A stretch of DNA of 64,000 bases, taken from IMG/VR virus record IMGVR_UViG_3300011934_000017, positions 156,238 through 220,237 of that record; one strand, 5' to 3'. A model generated the notes under the pieces. The model did not search any database. It was given only the letters and a program-made list of their open reading frames with translations, and was not told the origin of the DNA. Of this stretch, positions 26,262 to 37,100 are shown piece after piece. How positions within the stretch are numbered: position 1 is the stretch's first letter; every line of letters starts with the position of its first letter. Position numbers and translations under genes: made by a program.

Positions 26262-27493
26262 GTAACGTTGTTTCCGTACTAGAAGGTGATACGTGTACGC
26301 TTGTTGAGCAGTTTGTGGATGACTTTGAGGATCCACTGTCGCTTGCCAACACTGAAGCGGGTCCAATGATTCGGGTGTACGATGATGATCATGACTTGAT
26401 TGTAGAGCAGATTGCTGTACCAGATCATAAAGGTCAACCTGGTGATTGGTCTGTTGATATCACAATTCCTCAGATCGGTCTGACTGAAAAGAAACAGTTC
26501 ACTGTCATTTGGACGTTCAAGACTTCAGACAATGAGGTGCACCGCTCCAAGCAAGCCATCTTTGTTGAACCCGATAGCGAAACCCGTGAGTCGGATATAA
26601 TCGTTGTGGTAGGGCGTGATCGTATCATGCAGGTAGCACTGCCTGTAGACTTCACACCAACCGTAGTTGAGACACCTGGTGATCCTGCAACAAAGACTCC
26701 TGCTGTTCGAGGTGTAGAAGGTGACACTCTTCGATTCTCATTATTCCGCAACAATATTCCTTTGTTCGGCGAAGAGGGTCTTATTTATGGCGCCAAAGAC
26801 TCGGGTATTAAGCTTACGCAGCATATAGGTAAGACCGTTGCTACGCTGCCTGCTTCAGTAGGAAAAGCTAAGCTTGAACCTCTGATTTTGATGGTAGACT
26901 ATTCAAAGCCCGGCATGATCATACCCACTACGTTGACGTACAAGGTGTGGCCTATAACGCCTCAAGTTTTGATTGCTGCTTCTCAGATGGAAGACTTCAT
27001 CAACAAGGCGCGTATTCAAAACGTCATTCCAGAGCTTGATTACACTCAGCCTGATTTGATTCAATACCTGTATCGAGGTCTAGCGTTACTTAATTCGTTT
27101 CCTCCTCACACAACGAATTTTACTGGTACCAACATGCAGGGTATTTTGTTGGATGCTTGGTTGCAGTGTAGTTCTTACTACGCATTAGCCTCACAGCTTC
27201 AGGCAGAAGGCGCAATGGCTTTTGACTTCTCAGGTCAAACCGTAAGCCTTAACATTGACCGTACTCCTGCTATCGAAAGTGCGTTAGGTCGGGTAGAGAC
27301 CGCATTAGATCAAAACGTTAAACCACTTAAAAAGCTACTTGCTAAAGCAGGCGTTCTTGATGGTGACGGTTCAGCAGGCGGTCAAGCTATAAACGGTGCG
27401 CATCATCTGGGTACTTTGGGCGTTATGAATGCTCCTACTACACGTCTTCCACATGCTGGGCACAAAGGTTCCTGGTTCCGTCCATTCTATTAA
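26258..27493 (+). CDS. Putative head-tail connector/neck-type virion protein
   Basis: N-terminal beta-rich domain and C-terminal helical ELDYTQ...AFDFSGQTVSLNIDRT. The neck call is from recall of large-phage proteins. Confidence 0.5.
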   Translation: MSNVVSVLEGDTCTLVEQFVDDFEDPLSLANTEAGPMIRVYDDDHDLIVEQIAVPDHKGQPGDWSVDITIPQIGLTEKKQFTVIWTFKTSDNEVHRSKQAIFVEPDSETRESDIIVVVGRDRIMQVALPVDFTPTVVETPGDPATKTPAVRGVEGDTLRFSLFRNNIPLFGEEGLIYGAKDSGIKLTQHIGKTVATLPASVGKAKLEPLILMVDYSKPGMIIPTTLTYKVWPITPQVLIAASQMEDFINKARIQNVIPELDYTQPDLIQYLYRGLALLNSFPPHTTNFTGTNMQGILLDAWLQCSSYYALASQLQAEGAMAFDFSGQTVSLNIDRTPAIESALGRVETALDQNVKPLKKLLAKAGVLDGDGSAGGQAINGAHHLGTLGVMNAPTTRLPHAGHKGSWFRPFY

Positions 27494-27505
27494 TAGGTAT
27501 TTACT

Positions 27506-28840
27506 ATGATTATTCATCACGATAACACTGTCCTCGCTGCTGCCAATAAGGATCCGCGCAATTATGGTTGGTACGAACTCACGGGCGCAAAAGCTACCTT
27601 CGAACATGCTCACAAGACACATGAGCTAATTCTATCTCGCGGTGAGAAATATGGCCTTAAGGAGTACCGAGGTAAAGTATTTCTAGTAGACGGCAGTGAT
27701 TTGAGTATTCAATTCAGTCTTACACTGGATGAAGCTACTAAGCTTGTTAAGAAGTCTAAGCCTTGGTCAGGAAAGATCAGTCGCTACAAAGTAAATGCTG
27801 GCGCTCCTAAGCTGTCTGGACCTAAAGCTTCTGGACCTAAAACGATTGTTACAACGCCTAGTTCTGCTCCCAGCGATTCGCTAAAAGGCTTAGACATTCT
27901 AAAAGCATTAGGCAAAAGTAAACCAGAAAGTGACAAAGAAAACGGTATTTCGTTTAAGCGCGTTGTCGCTTCTGGTACTCCATCTACTGTAATGCGTAAG
28001 CTCACTAAGATGGGTTTGGCTAAAGCGCAAAAACATAATGAGGAGCCTTTTGTTGAGTGCGATGACGGTGTTCTGCTCGTCAAACGTCACGAGTTGAAAG
28101 AATCGCTTATCATGTTCTTCAAGCCTACGACATGGAAAAAGTATAAGAACCTAGAAGCACAGCCTGTTAAGACTCCGAAGACGCCTAAGACTCCTAAAGA
28201 GCCCGTGTCCGCTCGTCCTCCAAAGCCACCTAAGACTACAACTACTAATTCAGGTCAAAAGGTACAGCACACACCTCGTACGGAAGCTGTCAAACTGATG
28301 GATTCTGTTAACGGAGCACCTCTAAGTGCAACGTCTATGCCTGTAGAGCTAAAAGACCCTGAAGTTTATGCAGCGTCCTTGTACGGTCGTGAAGTTAGCA
28401 CAGGGCGTCGAACATCTCCTAGATCCGTGACTACTGTAGGTTATGCTCACATCAAAGGCAAATTCTGTCTTGTCGGAGTCTCCACCAGTATGAAAGGTGT
28501 CAATATTGTAGGCTTTCCCCTCACTGATGTAGAGAAACATGCTACAAAACGACTTCAGGATCCTCAGCTTTCTTATAAAGATTTCTTGTATATGAGGAAT
28601 TTAGCTTCAAATGAAATAAACAACATTCATGAGCGCAGAGCCAACACCAAAGAGGAATCCCACGAGAAGTTTGAACGTATGAATCCGCAACCGGGTATGC
28701 GAGCCACTATTAAGTTTTCCAACGGAACGCAGTCTACGACTATCGTAGATGTACGACGTTCTGACGCTACTATTGGAATTAAGGGAAGTGGCAAGAAGCT
28801 TCGTTGGATTCCAATGAGCATGGTAAAGTTTGTTGAATAA
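27506..28840 (+). CDS. Low-complexity virion-like protein, paralog family A member 1
   Basis: N-terminal DP-x-Y-x-W-Y...L-S-x-GEK[YF]G[LI]K domain shared with 28856 and 42686; PK repeats. Confidence 0.75.
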   Translation: MIIHHDNTVLAAANKDPRNYGWYELTGAKATFEHAHKTHELILSRGEKYGLKEYRGKVFLVDGSDLSIQFSLTLDEATKLVKKSKPWSGKISRYKVNAGAPKLSGPKASGPKTIVTTPSSAPSDSLKGLDILKALGKSKPESDKENGISFKRVVASGTPSTVMRKLTKMGLAKAQKHNEEPFVECDDGVLLVKRHELKESLIMFFKPTTWKKYKNLEAQPVKTPKTPKTPKEPVSARPPKPPKTTTTNSGQKVQHTPRTEAVKLMDSVNGAPLSATSMPVELKDPEVYAASLYGREVSTGRRTSPRSVTTVGYAHIKGKFCLVGVSTSMKGVNIVGFPLTDVEKHATKRLQDPQLSYKDFLYMRNLASNEINNIHERRANTKEESHEKFERMNPQPGMRATIKFSNGTQSTTIVDVRRSDATIGIKGSGKKLRWIPMSMVKFVE

Positions 28841-28855
28841 CTCTGGGATTCCATT

Positions 28856-30484
28856 ATGATAACGCAAATGTATAGAGAGGTTCTTTCTGCTTCTAATCGA
28901 GATCCTCTACAGTATGATTGGTACAAGGTAGTTTCTGACACAAAGACCAAGATTGATCTTGGCACTGTCGTCATGGAGCTATCTAAGGGTGAGAAGTTTG
29001 GCATCAAGAAGACACGCGGCTCATTCTTCATTATTGACGAAGACAACCTCGCTAAGCAGTATAAGGTAGAAGAACGTCACGTCAACCGTATTTTGAAACG
29101 TTCGAATTCTTTCCGAGGTAAAATCGACGGAATTAAGGTGGGCGGAGCTTCGAGTTCTGCTAAAGAGCCTCGTGCTCCGAAGCAACCCAAAGAGCCTGTA
29201 ACACCTAAAGCACCTAGTGCCCCGAAGCGACCTAAAGAGTCTGCAACACCTAAAGCACCTAGAGAGACTTCAGGTATAATACGAAGAAGGCCCAAACAGC
29301 CTAAACAACCTGAATCTTCTGATGGACCTAAGGCACCTAAACAACCTAACGCACCGAAGCAGCCTCGTGCTCCTAAGCAGCCCAAAGAACCTAAGCAGCC
29401 CAAAGAACCTAAGTCGTCTACTATAACACGTAGAGCACCTAAAGAGCCTGTTATCGACGACGAGCTGGATACGGACATTGATGACGAGCTGGACGAAGAC
29501 TGGGAAGAAGAAGACCTCGATCTTGAAGGGGATGAGGACTTAGAGGATGAGGACTTAGAGGATGAGGACTTAGAGGAAACTGTTAACGCAAAGCCTGATA
29601 TCAACGACGATGACGACGCTTTGTTAGCAGCTTTTCCTAAAGCTAGAGGGCGTATAAGAAAGAAAACTCCTTATCAGAAAATGTTAGAAGAGGACGCAGC
29701 AGAAGAACAAGCGGCCCGTGAGGTTAGGAAAGAAGAAGTCAAGCCGTCTCCTGTATATGATGCTCCCGCACCTGTGAAGCGCGATATATCGAAGATTAAA
29801 GTTCCTTCTGTTTCCGAACTTCCACAACCTATTGACGATGCCGATTTTAAAAGGCTCGCAAAGGCCGCGCAAGCCCTTTCTATTGCATTGTCTCGTAAAG
29901 AAAATTCTTTGCCGAAAGAGTCTCAAGAAGTTTTAACTTGGCTCAACGCTTTGACTTCCAATATCTCTCCGCTTGAAGAGGAATTTGCAGTCAAATTCCC
30001 TAAGAGAAGCATGTGGCCTTCCATCGAAGAGTTTAGAAACTTCCTTAACGACTGTCTGCAAAACGCCTTAAATCGCACAGTGTCTTTGGCTGTGGGTAAC
30101 ATTGAAAACGAAGTTGACCTTCTTTTGGGCGAGTATGCTGAGCATAAATTCCAAGAAAGCGCTTGGCGAGCCAACATCACCAAGACAGAGTACCATATCG
30201 AAGATGTGCTAAGCAATCTAGGCTTTGAACAGAAAGACGACTCTGCCGTTCTAACTTTGGATTCGTCCTCTTTTATTCAAGCAGCGTATAACCCAGAAGG
30301 CAAAGGCATCAAATTAGAGGTTCAGAAACACAGCTTGCAGCAGGTAGAGACTCAACCCGATGATGAAGGTCTTGTTAAGAAAACCGAGAAGATTTTACCT
30401 GACGGTCCAGCTAAAAAGCTTCTAATTCCTTTCTCAAAAACTGCTAAAGCCAATATAGAGCGCCTAGTAAACGCTGTTCGGTAA
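28856..30484 (+). CDS. Low-complexity virion-like protein, paralog family A member 2
   Basis: Same N-terminal domain; PKQPK repeats followed by an acidic tract. Confidence 0.75.
   Translation: MITQMYREVLSASNRDPLQYDWYKVVSDTKTKIDLGTVVMELSKGEKFGIKKTRGSFFIIDEDNLAKQYKVEERHVNRILKRSNSFRGKIDGIKVGGASSSAKEPRAPKQPKEPVTPKAPSAPKRPKESATPKAPRETSGIIRRRPKQPKQPESSDGPKAPKQPNAPKQPRAPKQPKEPKQPKEPKSSTITRRAPKEPVIDDELDTDIDDELDEDWEEEDLDLEGDEDLEDEDLEDEDLEETVNAKPDINDDDDALLAAFPKARGRIRKKTPYQKMLEEDAAEEQAAREVRKEEVKPSPVYDAPAPVKRDISKIKVPSVSELPQPIDDADFKRLAKAAQALSIALSRKENSLPKESQEVLTWLNALTSNISPLEEEFAVKFPKRSMWPSIEEFRNFLNDCLQNALNRTVSLAVGNIENEVDLLLGEYAEHKFQESAWRANITKTEYHIEDVLSNLGFEQKDDSAVLTLDSSSFIQAAYNPEGKGIKLEVQKHSLQQVETQPDDEGLVKKTEKILPDGPAKKLLIPFSKTAKANIERLVNAVR
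29531..29575 (+). repeat. 3 x 15-nt exact tandem repeat (GATGAGGACTTAGAG, DEDLE)
   Basis: Read directly from the sequence. Confidence 0.9.
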
Positions 30485-30577
30485 TCCTGCCCTATGTTGT
30501 GCTGTTGAAAACCTGTCCAATATCGTAATTTAACTTGCTATAGCAAGCATTTACCTTCCTATGTAGGAGAATCAAAA

Positions 30578-31456
30578 ATGAGTAACCACTCACGTTCCGT
30601 TGTGAACACCATGGTATCCGAACTCAATCGCAGCAAGAAGCCGCGTATCAATATTGTTGATGTTCAGCGTACCGCAAACGAAGGCTACGCTCGAATCACC
30701 GCCTCCGTTACCCACACTACTGCCAGCCGAAACGACCACGATCTGGTCATGCAGGCTATCAGTGATGTTGCTGGCGCTAAAGTTCGTCCAGTCGAAGGGT
30801 CTTTTCACGCACTGGCCTCCAGCGATGTTGGTGACACCATTACAGGTATCGTTACGTCAAATCCTGAGACTGTTGCATACGATGAAGCCGACTCGCAATT
30901 CAAGGCTGTATCAAGCAACATGTTTATGGATGAAGAAGAACAGCTTTGGGCACTTCGTACTACCGAAGCTGGTGATCTGCTGGTCAAGAGTCGCGGCAAA
31001 GAAGACGCTGATATCATTGCAGACCTAATGACCAGCCTTTCAAGCTCCGATGTTGGCACTCTGGCGTTCGAAGCAACCGCTTCTGCTAACCGTGACAAGG
31101 GTGTACGTAACAGTGTAGAAGGCGGTGACTTTCTTTCATTCGTTAATCCGCAGACTGAGCAAGTTGAGTTCGGTGCTGTTGTTGCATCCGTGTTAGATTA
31201 TAACGGCTCTGAAATGAATCAACTGGTTGTCCAATCTTCGAACGGATCCTCTCCTGTTCAGATTGACCGTGCTTTGGCTCTTGGTGTGTTCGACGACGTA
31301 GACTACGATGATTCTGGTCTGATCGACGAAAATAGTGTCGAGGCTTCTGCTCACACGTTGGACTTCATTGCGTCTTACTACCAGAAAGTCTTTCAGCGCG
31401 ATCCTTCGTACTTCGATAAGTTCATGGAACGTTGGATGAACCACAAGTTCTGCTAA
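30578..31456 (+). CDS. Putative abundant structural protein
   Basis: AGGAG RBS, upstream GTAATTT motif, own terminator. Confidence 0.7.
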   Translation: MSNHSRSVVNTMVSELNRSKKPRINIVDVQRTANEGYARITASVTHTTASRNDHDLVMQAISDVAGAKVRPVEGSFHALASSDVGDTITGIVTSNPETVAYDEADSQFKAVSSNMFMDEEEQLWALRTTEAGDLLVKSRGKEDADIIADLMTSLSSSDVGTLAFEATASANRDKGVRNSVEGGDFLSFVNPQTEQVEFGAVVASVLDYNGSEMNQLVVQSSNGSSPVQIDRALALGVFDDVDYDDSGLIDENSVEASAHTLDFIASYYQKVFQRDPSYFDKFMERWMNHKFC

Positions 31457-31463
31457 GTCTACT

Positions 31464-31490
31464 GGGGGAACTTTTCGTTCCCCCTCTTTT
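31464..31490 (+). terminator. Rho-independent terminator
   Basis: GGGGGAAC-TTTTC-GTTCCCCC-TCTTTT. Confidence 0.8.
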
Positions 31491-31505
31491 GGAGGTTAGT
31501 CGCCT

Positions 31506-32462
31506 ATGGCTCGCAAAAAAGGAGCAACTGAGATAGATGTATCAGGCAGTGGGTTTATTGATGATCGAGGTCGTCATGTTAACACTGATATACCTGAAGA
31601 CGCGCGCCGTTCTAGCTCTGGTAAATCCAACTCGAAGCAACGCTTAAAGGATAAGCAAAGCAAGGCGGCTAAACGCAAAAAGGAGATTGAAGAGGAGAAC
31701 GAGCAAGCTAAAGCACCTTCACAGCGTAAGAAGAAAAAGAAGAAAGAAGACACGTATTCCTTAGATCCAGAGAAAGAAAAAGCACGAAAGCGCAAGAAGA
31801 AAGACTCAGATACTAAGAAGAAAGAAAAAGAGGCTGAAAAAGCCGACGGGAAGAAAAAGAAGAGAAAGAAGAAAACAGTAGGCCAACTGTTGAAAGAAGG
31901 TAAAACCGAGCAGGCTAGAAAGAAAGCCAGCAAGCTATCTTCAAAAGCTTTGACCGTTGCAAATGAAAGTGAAAGCGGTGAGTTAATTCAAGCGGAATCT
32001 GCGGGAGATTTAATGCCTTCTGCTTTAAACTCCGAAGCTGAATTTCTCCAAGAATACTATCACATATATGGTACACTAGGTTCCATTATTCGTAACCTAG
32101 AAAAGCGCATGACTGAACCTAACAGTCAGGTTAACAGTAAAGACGTTTATGCGCTAATGACCATGTATAGCCAGATGCGTGAAACAATCGCGGATCTACG
32201 TTCTATTAAGGATATGAATGAACAAGCGGAAGAGCTTGCGAAGCATGTTTTTGATCCTGCTGCTAAAAGCGCGGGTGAGTCACTTGTAGGGCTTTACTTT
32301 AAAGTGTCCTCCTCTATACGTCAAAGTGTTAACGATCCTGCCGTTGTCGAAGCCTTGATTGAGTCGTTAAAAGGTGATGTAGGAGAGCAAGCCTCTAACT
32401 TACAGGATCAGTTCGACGTTGCTCGAAGCCGCATTGTTGACATTCTAAACGGCGGTGCCTAG
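31506..32462 (+). CDS. Hypothetical protein with Lys-rich N-terminus and helical C-terminus
   Basis: GGAGG RBS; poly-K tracts. Confidence 0.75.
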   Translation: MARKKGATEIDVSGSGFIDDRGRHVNTDIPEDARRSSSGKSNSKQRLKDKQSKAAKRKKEIEEENEQAKAPSQRKKKKKKEDTYSLDPEKEKARKRKKKDSDTKKKEKEAEKADGKKKKRKKKTVGQLLKEGKTEQARKKASKLSSKALTVANESESGELIQAESAGDLMPSALNSEAEFLQEYYHIYGTLGSIIRNLEKRMTEPNSQVNSKDVYALMTMYSQMRETIADLRSIKDMNEQAEELAKHVFDPAAKSAGESLVGLYFKVSSSIRQSVNDPAVVEALIESLKGDVGEQASNLQDQFDVARSRIVDILNGGA

Positions 32463-32470
32463 GAGTCAAC

Positions 32471-32797
32471 ATGGGAAAGAAAGTCAGAGTAGGACCACCT
32501 AGAGTGGGACCTAAGATTGTATCTAAGATAAGACGCACTCAAAAGCAGGCTTATGGTACGTTAAAAGAATGGTCTGTTATCACAGCGGCAGTTAAGCGCA
32601 GAGACAACCACAGATGCAGGAAGTGCAATTCTACGTCCTATCTCCAGGTCGACCACATAGTACCAGTGTCTCGCGGTGGACGGTCTGTAATGTCTAATCT
32701 TTGGACGCTTTGCGATTACTGCCACTCAAAAAGACCAGGACACAAAAACGCAAAGTCACTAATAATGCACCGGAGAAGAAAGGAGACTAAAAAATGA
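32471..32797 (+). CDS. HNH endonuclease
   Basis: RDNHRCRKC...VDHIVPVSRGG...NLWTLCDYCH. Confidence 0.9.
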   Translation: MGKKVRVGPPRVGPKIVSKIRRTQKQAYGTLKEWSVITAAVKRRDNHRCRKCNSTSYLQVDHIVPVSRGGRSVMSNLWTLCDYCHSKRPGHKNAKSLIMHRRRKETKK

Positions 32798-33576
32798 TGC
32801 TTTCTATTTCCGGTAAAATGAGGACACTTCTAAAGAAACTGAAGTCCAAACCCTCTTTACGTATCGAAGACTGCTTTCCACATTGTCTGTCTGATCAATT
32901 TCGAGAAGTGTGGAATGAGTTTCTATCTTCGTTAATGGTCAAGAATATTCTATCGAGGCATGGTACCAATATAATAGGTCAGTATTATGTTGTCGCCTTG
33001 TTTCTATCGTACATGTCACGATTTACTAAGGTACCCAGTAATCTAGGTGCTTTTGATCTGTATGAGCCGTCTCCTATTTATAAGAGAATGACAACAGAAA
33101 TAAATCACTTAAAGCTTTTAAGCAAGCTGAACCTGACATTCCATTCGCATTCGTTCAAACTTCAAGCGGAAGATGTAGCATGGGCAAGATGCTTGATTGA
33201 CGTGCGGTGCACAGGTATTCTTACGTACAAACTAAATGGCAGAACGCCTTTAGAAGCCTACCTGTCTTCCCTCAGCCCTTCTGTCTTCAAGACTTTGCCT
33301 AAAGAGCTTTATTCGGACAAATCTAAAGACAAGAAAAAGCGAAGAGACCAAAAGCTTGTGACGCCAGAACAGCAAATAAACTCTTCCTATGGTTGGGTGC
33401 CGTTATTTTCGAATAACGAAGTCCGCGTTGAAGTGGCTCGTGCTCGATACAGTACCATAATTTTAAGGTACTTTTTCACAATTCCCGGATTCTTTTGTTA
33501 CGGCAGTGGTGACCCAGCACGGTTTTCAAGGCAATTACGTACAAAGCACGAGGCCAGTGCTTTTATTCCCAAATAA
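32794..33576 (+). CDS. Hypothetical protein
   Basis: Overlaps the HNH stop; AAGGAG RBS. Confidence 0.7.
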   Translation: MMLSISGKMRTLLKKLKSKPSLRIEDCFPHCLSDQFREVWNEFLSSLMVKNILSRHGTNIIGQYYVVALFLSYMSRFTKVPSNLGAFDLYEPSPIYKRMTTEINHLKLLSKLNLTFHSHSFKLQAEDVAWARCLIDVRCTGILTYKLNGRTPLEAYLSSLSPSVFKTLPKELYSDKSKDKKKRRDQKLVTPEQQINSSYGWVPLFSNNEVRVEVARARYSTIILRYFFTIPGFFCYGSGDPARFSRQLRTKHEASAFIPK

Positions 33577-33610
33577 TGTAAATAGTGTTATATGAATAGA
33601 GAGGTATGAT

Positions 33611-34120
33611 ATGGATCTTATTGATGCGTTACACAGCGTATCGGGCAAATCGTCTTTGGCCGACTACATAATCAAAAATAGGTTCGGAGATATGGTGTCC
33701 GAGTCTTCTTCTTCTGACATTGCGCTAATTTTGGATGAAGACGAAAGGCAAGATATCATCGAAGCTGTAACCCGAGCAACCTACAATAAAACTGGTGATA
33801 AAGCAGTTCAGGAGCTTTCTGCTGTTATTCTGGCGTTGTTGGACCAATTGGCAATGTCTTACGATGCAAACTCCTCTAAAGAAGAGGATAACGAAGACGA
33901 CGCAGAAGCAACTAACACTCAGATGGAGCTTTTTCGAGCATCCTTGGTAGGTGCCAGAGTGTGGGACTTGAAGCATTACTATACACCTGAGCGTCTGAAG
34001 TCGATGAAACAAGAAACTCGTGCTTTGGTAGCCATAGAGCTTGTTAATTATTCTATAGAGAACAGCAAGGAGCCCGCGTATATTTGGGCGCTTCTGGCTC
34101 AAAACAACGGTCAAATGTAG
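33611..34120 (+). CDS. Hypothetical protein
   Basis: TGTAAATA at 33577-33584 and GAGG RBS. Confidence 0.75.
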   Translation: MDLIDALHSVSGKSSLADYIIKNRFGDMVSESSSSDIALILDEDERQDIIEAVTRATYNKTGDKAVQELSAVILALLDQLAMSYDANSSKEEDNEDDAEATNTQMELFRASLVGARVWDLKHYYTPERLKSMKQETRALVAIELVNYSIENSKEPAYIWALLAQNNGQM

Positions 34121-34129
34121 GAGACCCAA

Positions 34130-37100
34130 ATGACACTTTCTTTTGAAGACGGACTCAAGCAACTGCATAAAATCTTGCAGGAAAGCAATAGTAGTTCCGA
34201 AGATCAAGATGATCAAAACCCCGATACTTTGCCTGTGAATTATGGACTGGCGTACCCTTTTTCTTCTTTGTCTGCCAGTAAAGATGATTCCGATTCTATT
34301 ATCTCGCAACAGCTAACCTCTGTTCGCCTCGATAAGGATCGAGCCGCAGAGTACAATAAAACCTTTTATCCTAAAGGCTCTGAAGCTTTTCAACCTATTA
34401 TCGAAGAGCTTGTTAAGGTTTCTGCTCAAGTTAACGGCATGTTTTCGCTGTTGCGCTATTGCCTTGCGTCCTCTCGTCGGCTGTCTTTGATGGGCCCTAT
34501 GGAACGCGCTGATGCAATCAACCGCGAAGCCGAACGTATTTTACGCAATGTTTCTGGAGGCGACCGCTCTGAAATCATTGACAACTTCCTTAGCTCAACC
34601 AACTCCGGTAAGAATCACGTAATCAAACCCTCTACTCGCTATGAAGGTGGTTACGATATTCGATTTATTGGTTCTCCTGCTTCTCCAAGTTCTTCTGTAG
34701 AAGCTAGTCTTCCTTCTATCCATGTTCCTTACGGCGAAAACTCCGTAATTGATATTGCACCAGGCGGAAAAAGCAATAGCCCTCATTATCAGCGTGAATA
34801 TTTAGAAGCCTATGCTACCGAGTTTGCTCAGAATGCTGTGGCAGCGGGTGAAGAAATTCTGCAAATGTTGGTAGGCGAGAAAGCGTCTGATTACGGAAGT
34901 GCGGCTCAACGACTGGTTCGCACAGTACCTTTTGACTTTGATTTTCGTTCCGCTAACGAGATTTTCTTCAAGCATACTGGTATTGTTCTTACCGTAGATA
35001 TGATGGAAGATATTGATAAGAGTATCGTTCAGAAATACGGAGAGTTCTTTAGCGCTTGTGTTATTCGGACACCAAAAAGCTCCTTGATCAATCTTGTTTA
35101 CCGTAAGATGGAAAAAGACCGGGCTGAAGCTCAAGAGGGTGCTGAAGCTCCGCCTGTATCTGCTTCATATATTGAAGACTATGTTACAAAAGAAGGCATG
35201 GCGCTTTCTCAAGTAGTTTCTCTGTCTTTTGCTATTACGCTTCCAGCCGACATTACTCGGTACATCACTCAAACAGAAACCAGTGAGCGTGTACCTATCG
35301 CATCGCTGCATAACTGGGCATCTATCTGGACTCGCGTCTTCATTCGTAAGAAAGGCGCGAAAATGTCTGGTGGACGTATTCGTAACCGCGAAATTCCTCG
35401 TTTCGTTCCGCCTCTGTCGAAGACTCAGAATATTACGAATCTACGTGCTCAAAATGGTTTTCACGTAGAGCCTGGTAAGGGCGATGACAACGGAATTTTT
35501 ATTGCACCTGACGGTACGTTGCAGTACGGTCTTCCTACAGAAGCAAAAGCGGACATTAACGAAAACCTAATCAATTACGAGCGTGACCTAGATACATATC
35601 TCGCTTTTTGTTTTGATCATGATATTCCGCCTCAGAGCACTATGGCTTTGCCTAATGAGGTTCAAGTAGGCTCTGCTGATCCAAACGTTAATGAACAATA
35701 CAAGAAGCTCTTTAATAATGTCCGTAAGTATAGTGGTAAGCTGTTGTCCTATGATTGGGACTACAACAATATCATCACAGCACATGTTACGGACCCTACG
35801 AGCATTGTACCTCGCGATCTGGTAGGTGCAGCTAAAGTCGATAGTTTGGCTATTGCGGATTACTTGGGTTACAACTTCGCAGACGAAGGCGAAAGTCCGA
35901 TTCGTAAAGGCTTTGCAGACGCAATGGTCTTGATGACACAGCCAAACTCGGAAGATTCCGACATTGCTCTTTCTCGTGTGTCATCCAGTTCGAATCCTGC
36001 TGCCTTCATGGAGCCTGGAGGTGTATCGCCTTCTCTGTTGGAGTTCTATGCCTTTCAAATGATGAAAGAGCGTGTACCTGACGGTGAAAAGCTGTTTGAA
36101 ATGGCGAAAAGCGAGCTTGGTATCACCGAGCTATCCGAATATGACCAGTATATCTATCCCAATCTGTTTCTTAACGGATATCCCGATCCTGACGGCTCAA
36201 TTAGAAGTTCGCGCGGGACTGTAAACTTTCTGCTGTCGTGCGTAAGCCACACGATGCGCCATTGTAATCGTGGTCCTATTTTACGTCAGATGGTCGCTAA
36301 TGAGAACCCTGGTATCTCCCCAGGTGACTTGGCTGAAGAGGTAGAGAATCATCCTCACTTCTTCAATCCGTCTTCTTCTCCCGCTGCTGACTTTGGGCGT
36401 CTGTACAACTACATCGGTGGTATGATTTTCCGTATCGCTATGGAAAGTCTGACCAAAGTTGCACGAAAAGACCTATTCAGCGTAGAAGAGCCGATTCCTG
36501 TAGGCGGGTACGGCAATGCGCTGTTGCACAAGTCCAACCATAGCCAGGTATCTCGTACTATATTGCCTCTTGCTATCATGTTTTCGAAGTATATTCCGAA
36601 TAAAGATTTATACTTCCGTGAGGCCGAAGAGCTGGTTGAGTCGAACAAAGGTGATCCTTCTGTTGACGAATCGGATATTCAAATAGCAGGTTCTGTAGAC
36701 GGTGCGCAGATGTTCCCGCACCAGGTACGTGCTCACGGTAGCCTACGTAAGCGTCCTGCTTTCTCAATTCTTGACATTGCTCCAGGTGGCGGTAAGACTA
36801 CTCTAGGTGTTACTGACATTGCATCTATGGTCACGGAGTTAAATGAACTCGGTCAAGACAAAATCAAGCCCATCATCTTATGCCCAGACGGTCTCATTAA
36901 GAACTGGGTAGACGATATGAAGATTTTCACAGGCAACAACTGGAACATGCTTCCTGTGAACAGTACGATTTTGTCACGTTGGGGATACGAAAAGCTTGAA
37001 GAGACTATTCGAAATGCTCCGCCTAATACCATAGTAGTTTGTGGCTTCCAGTTCCTTAACAACAAGAAAGAAACTATTGTTGTGGGAACACACTCAGTTA

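Noticed and set aside
29077-29604. Ser/Leu/Gly repeat - strand ORF
   Set aside because: Antisense of the PKQPK and DEDLE repeats.
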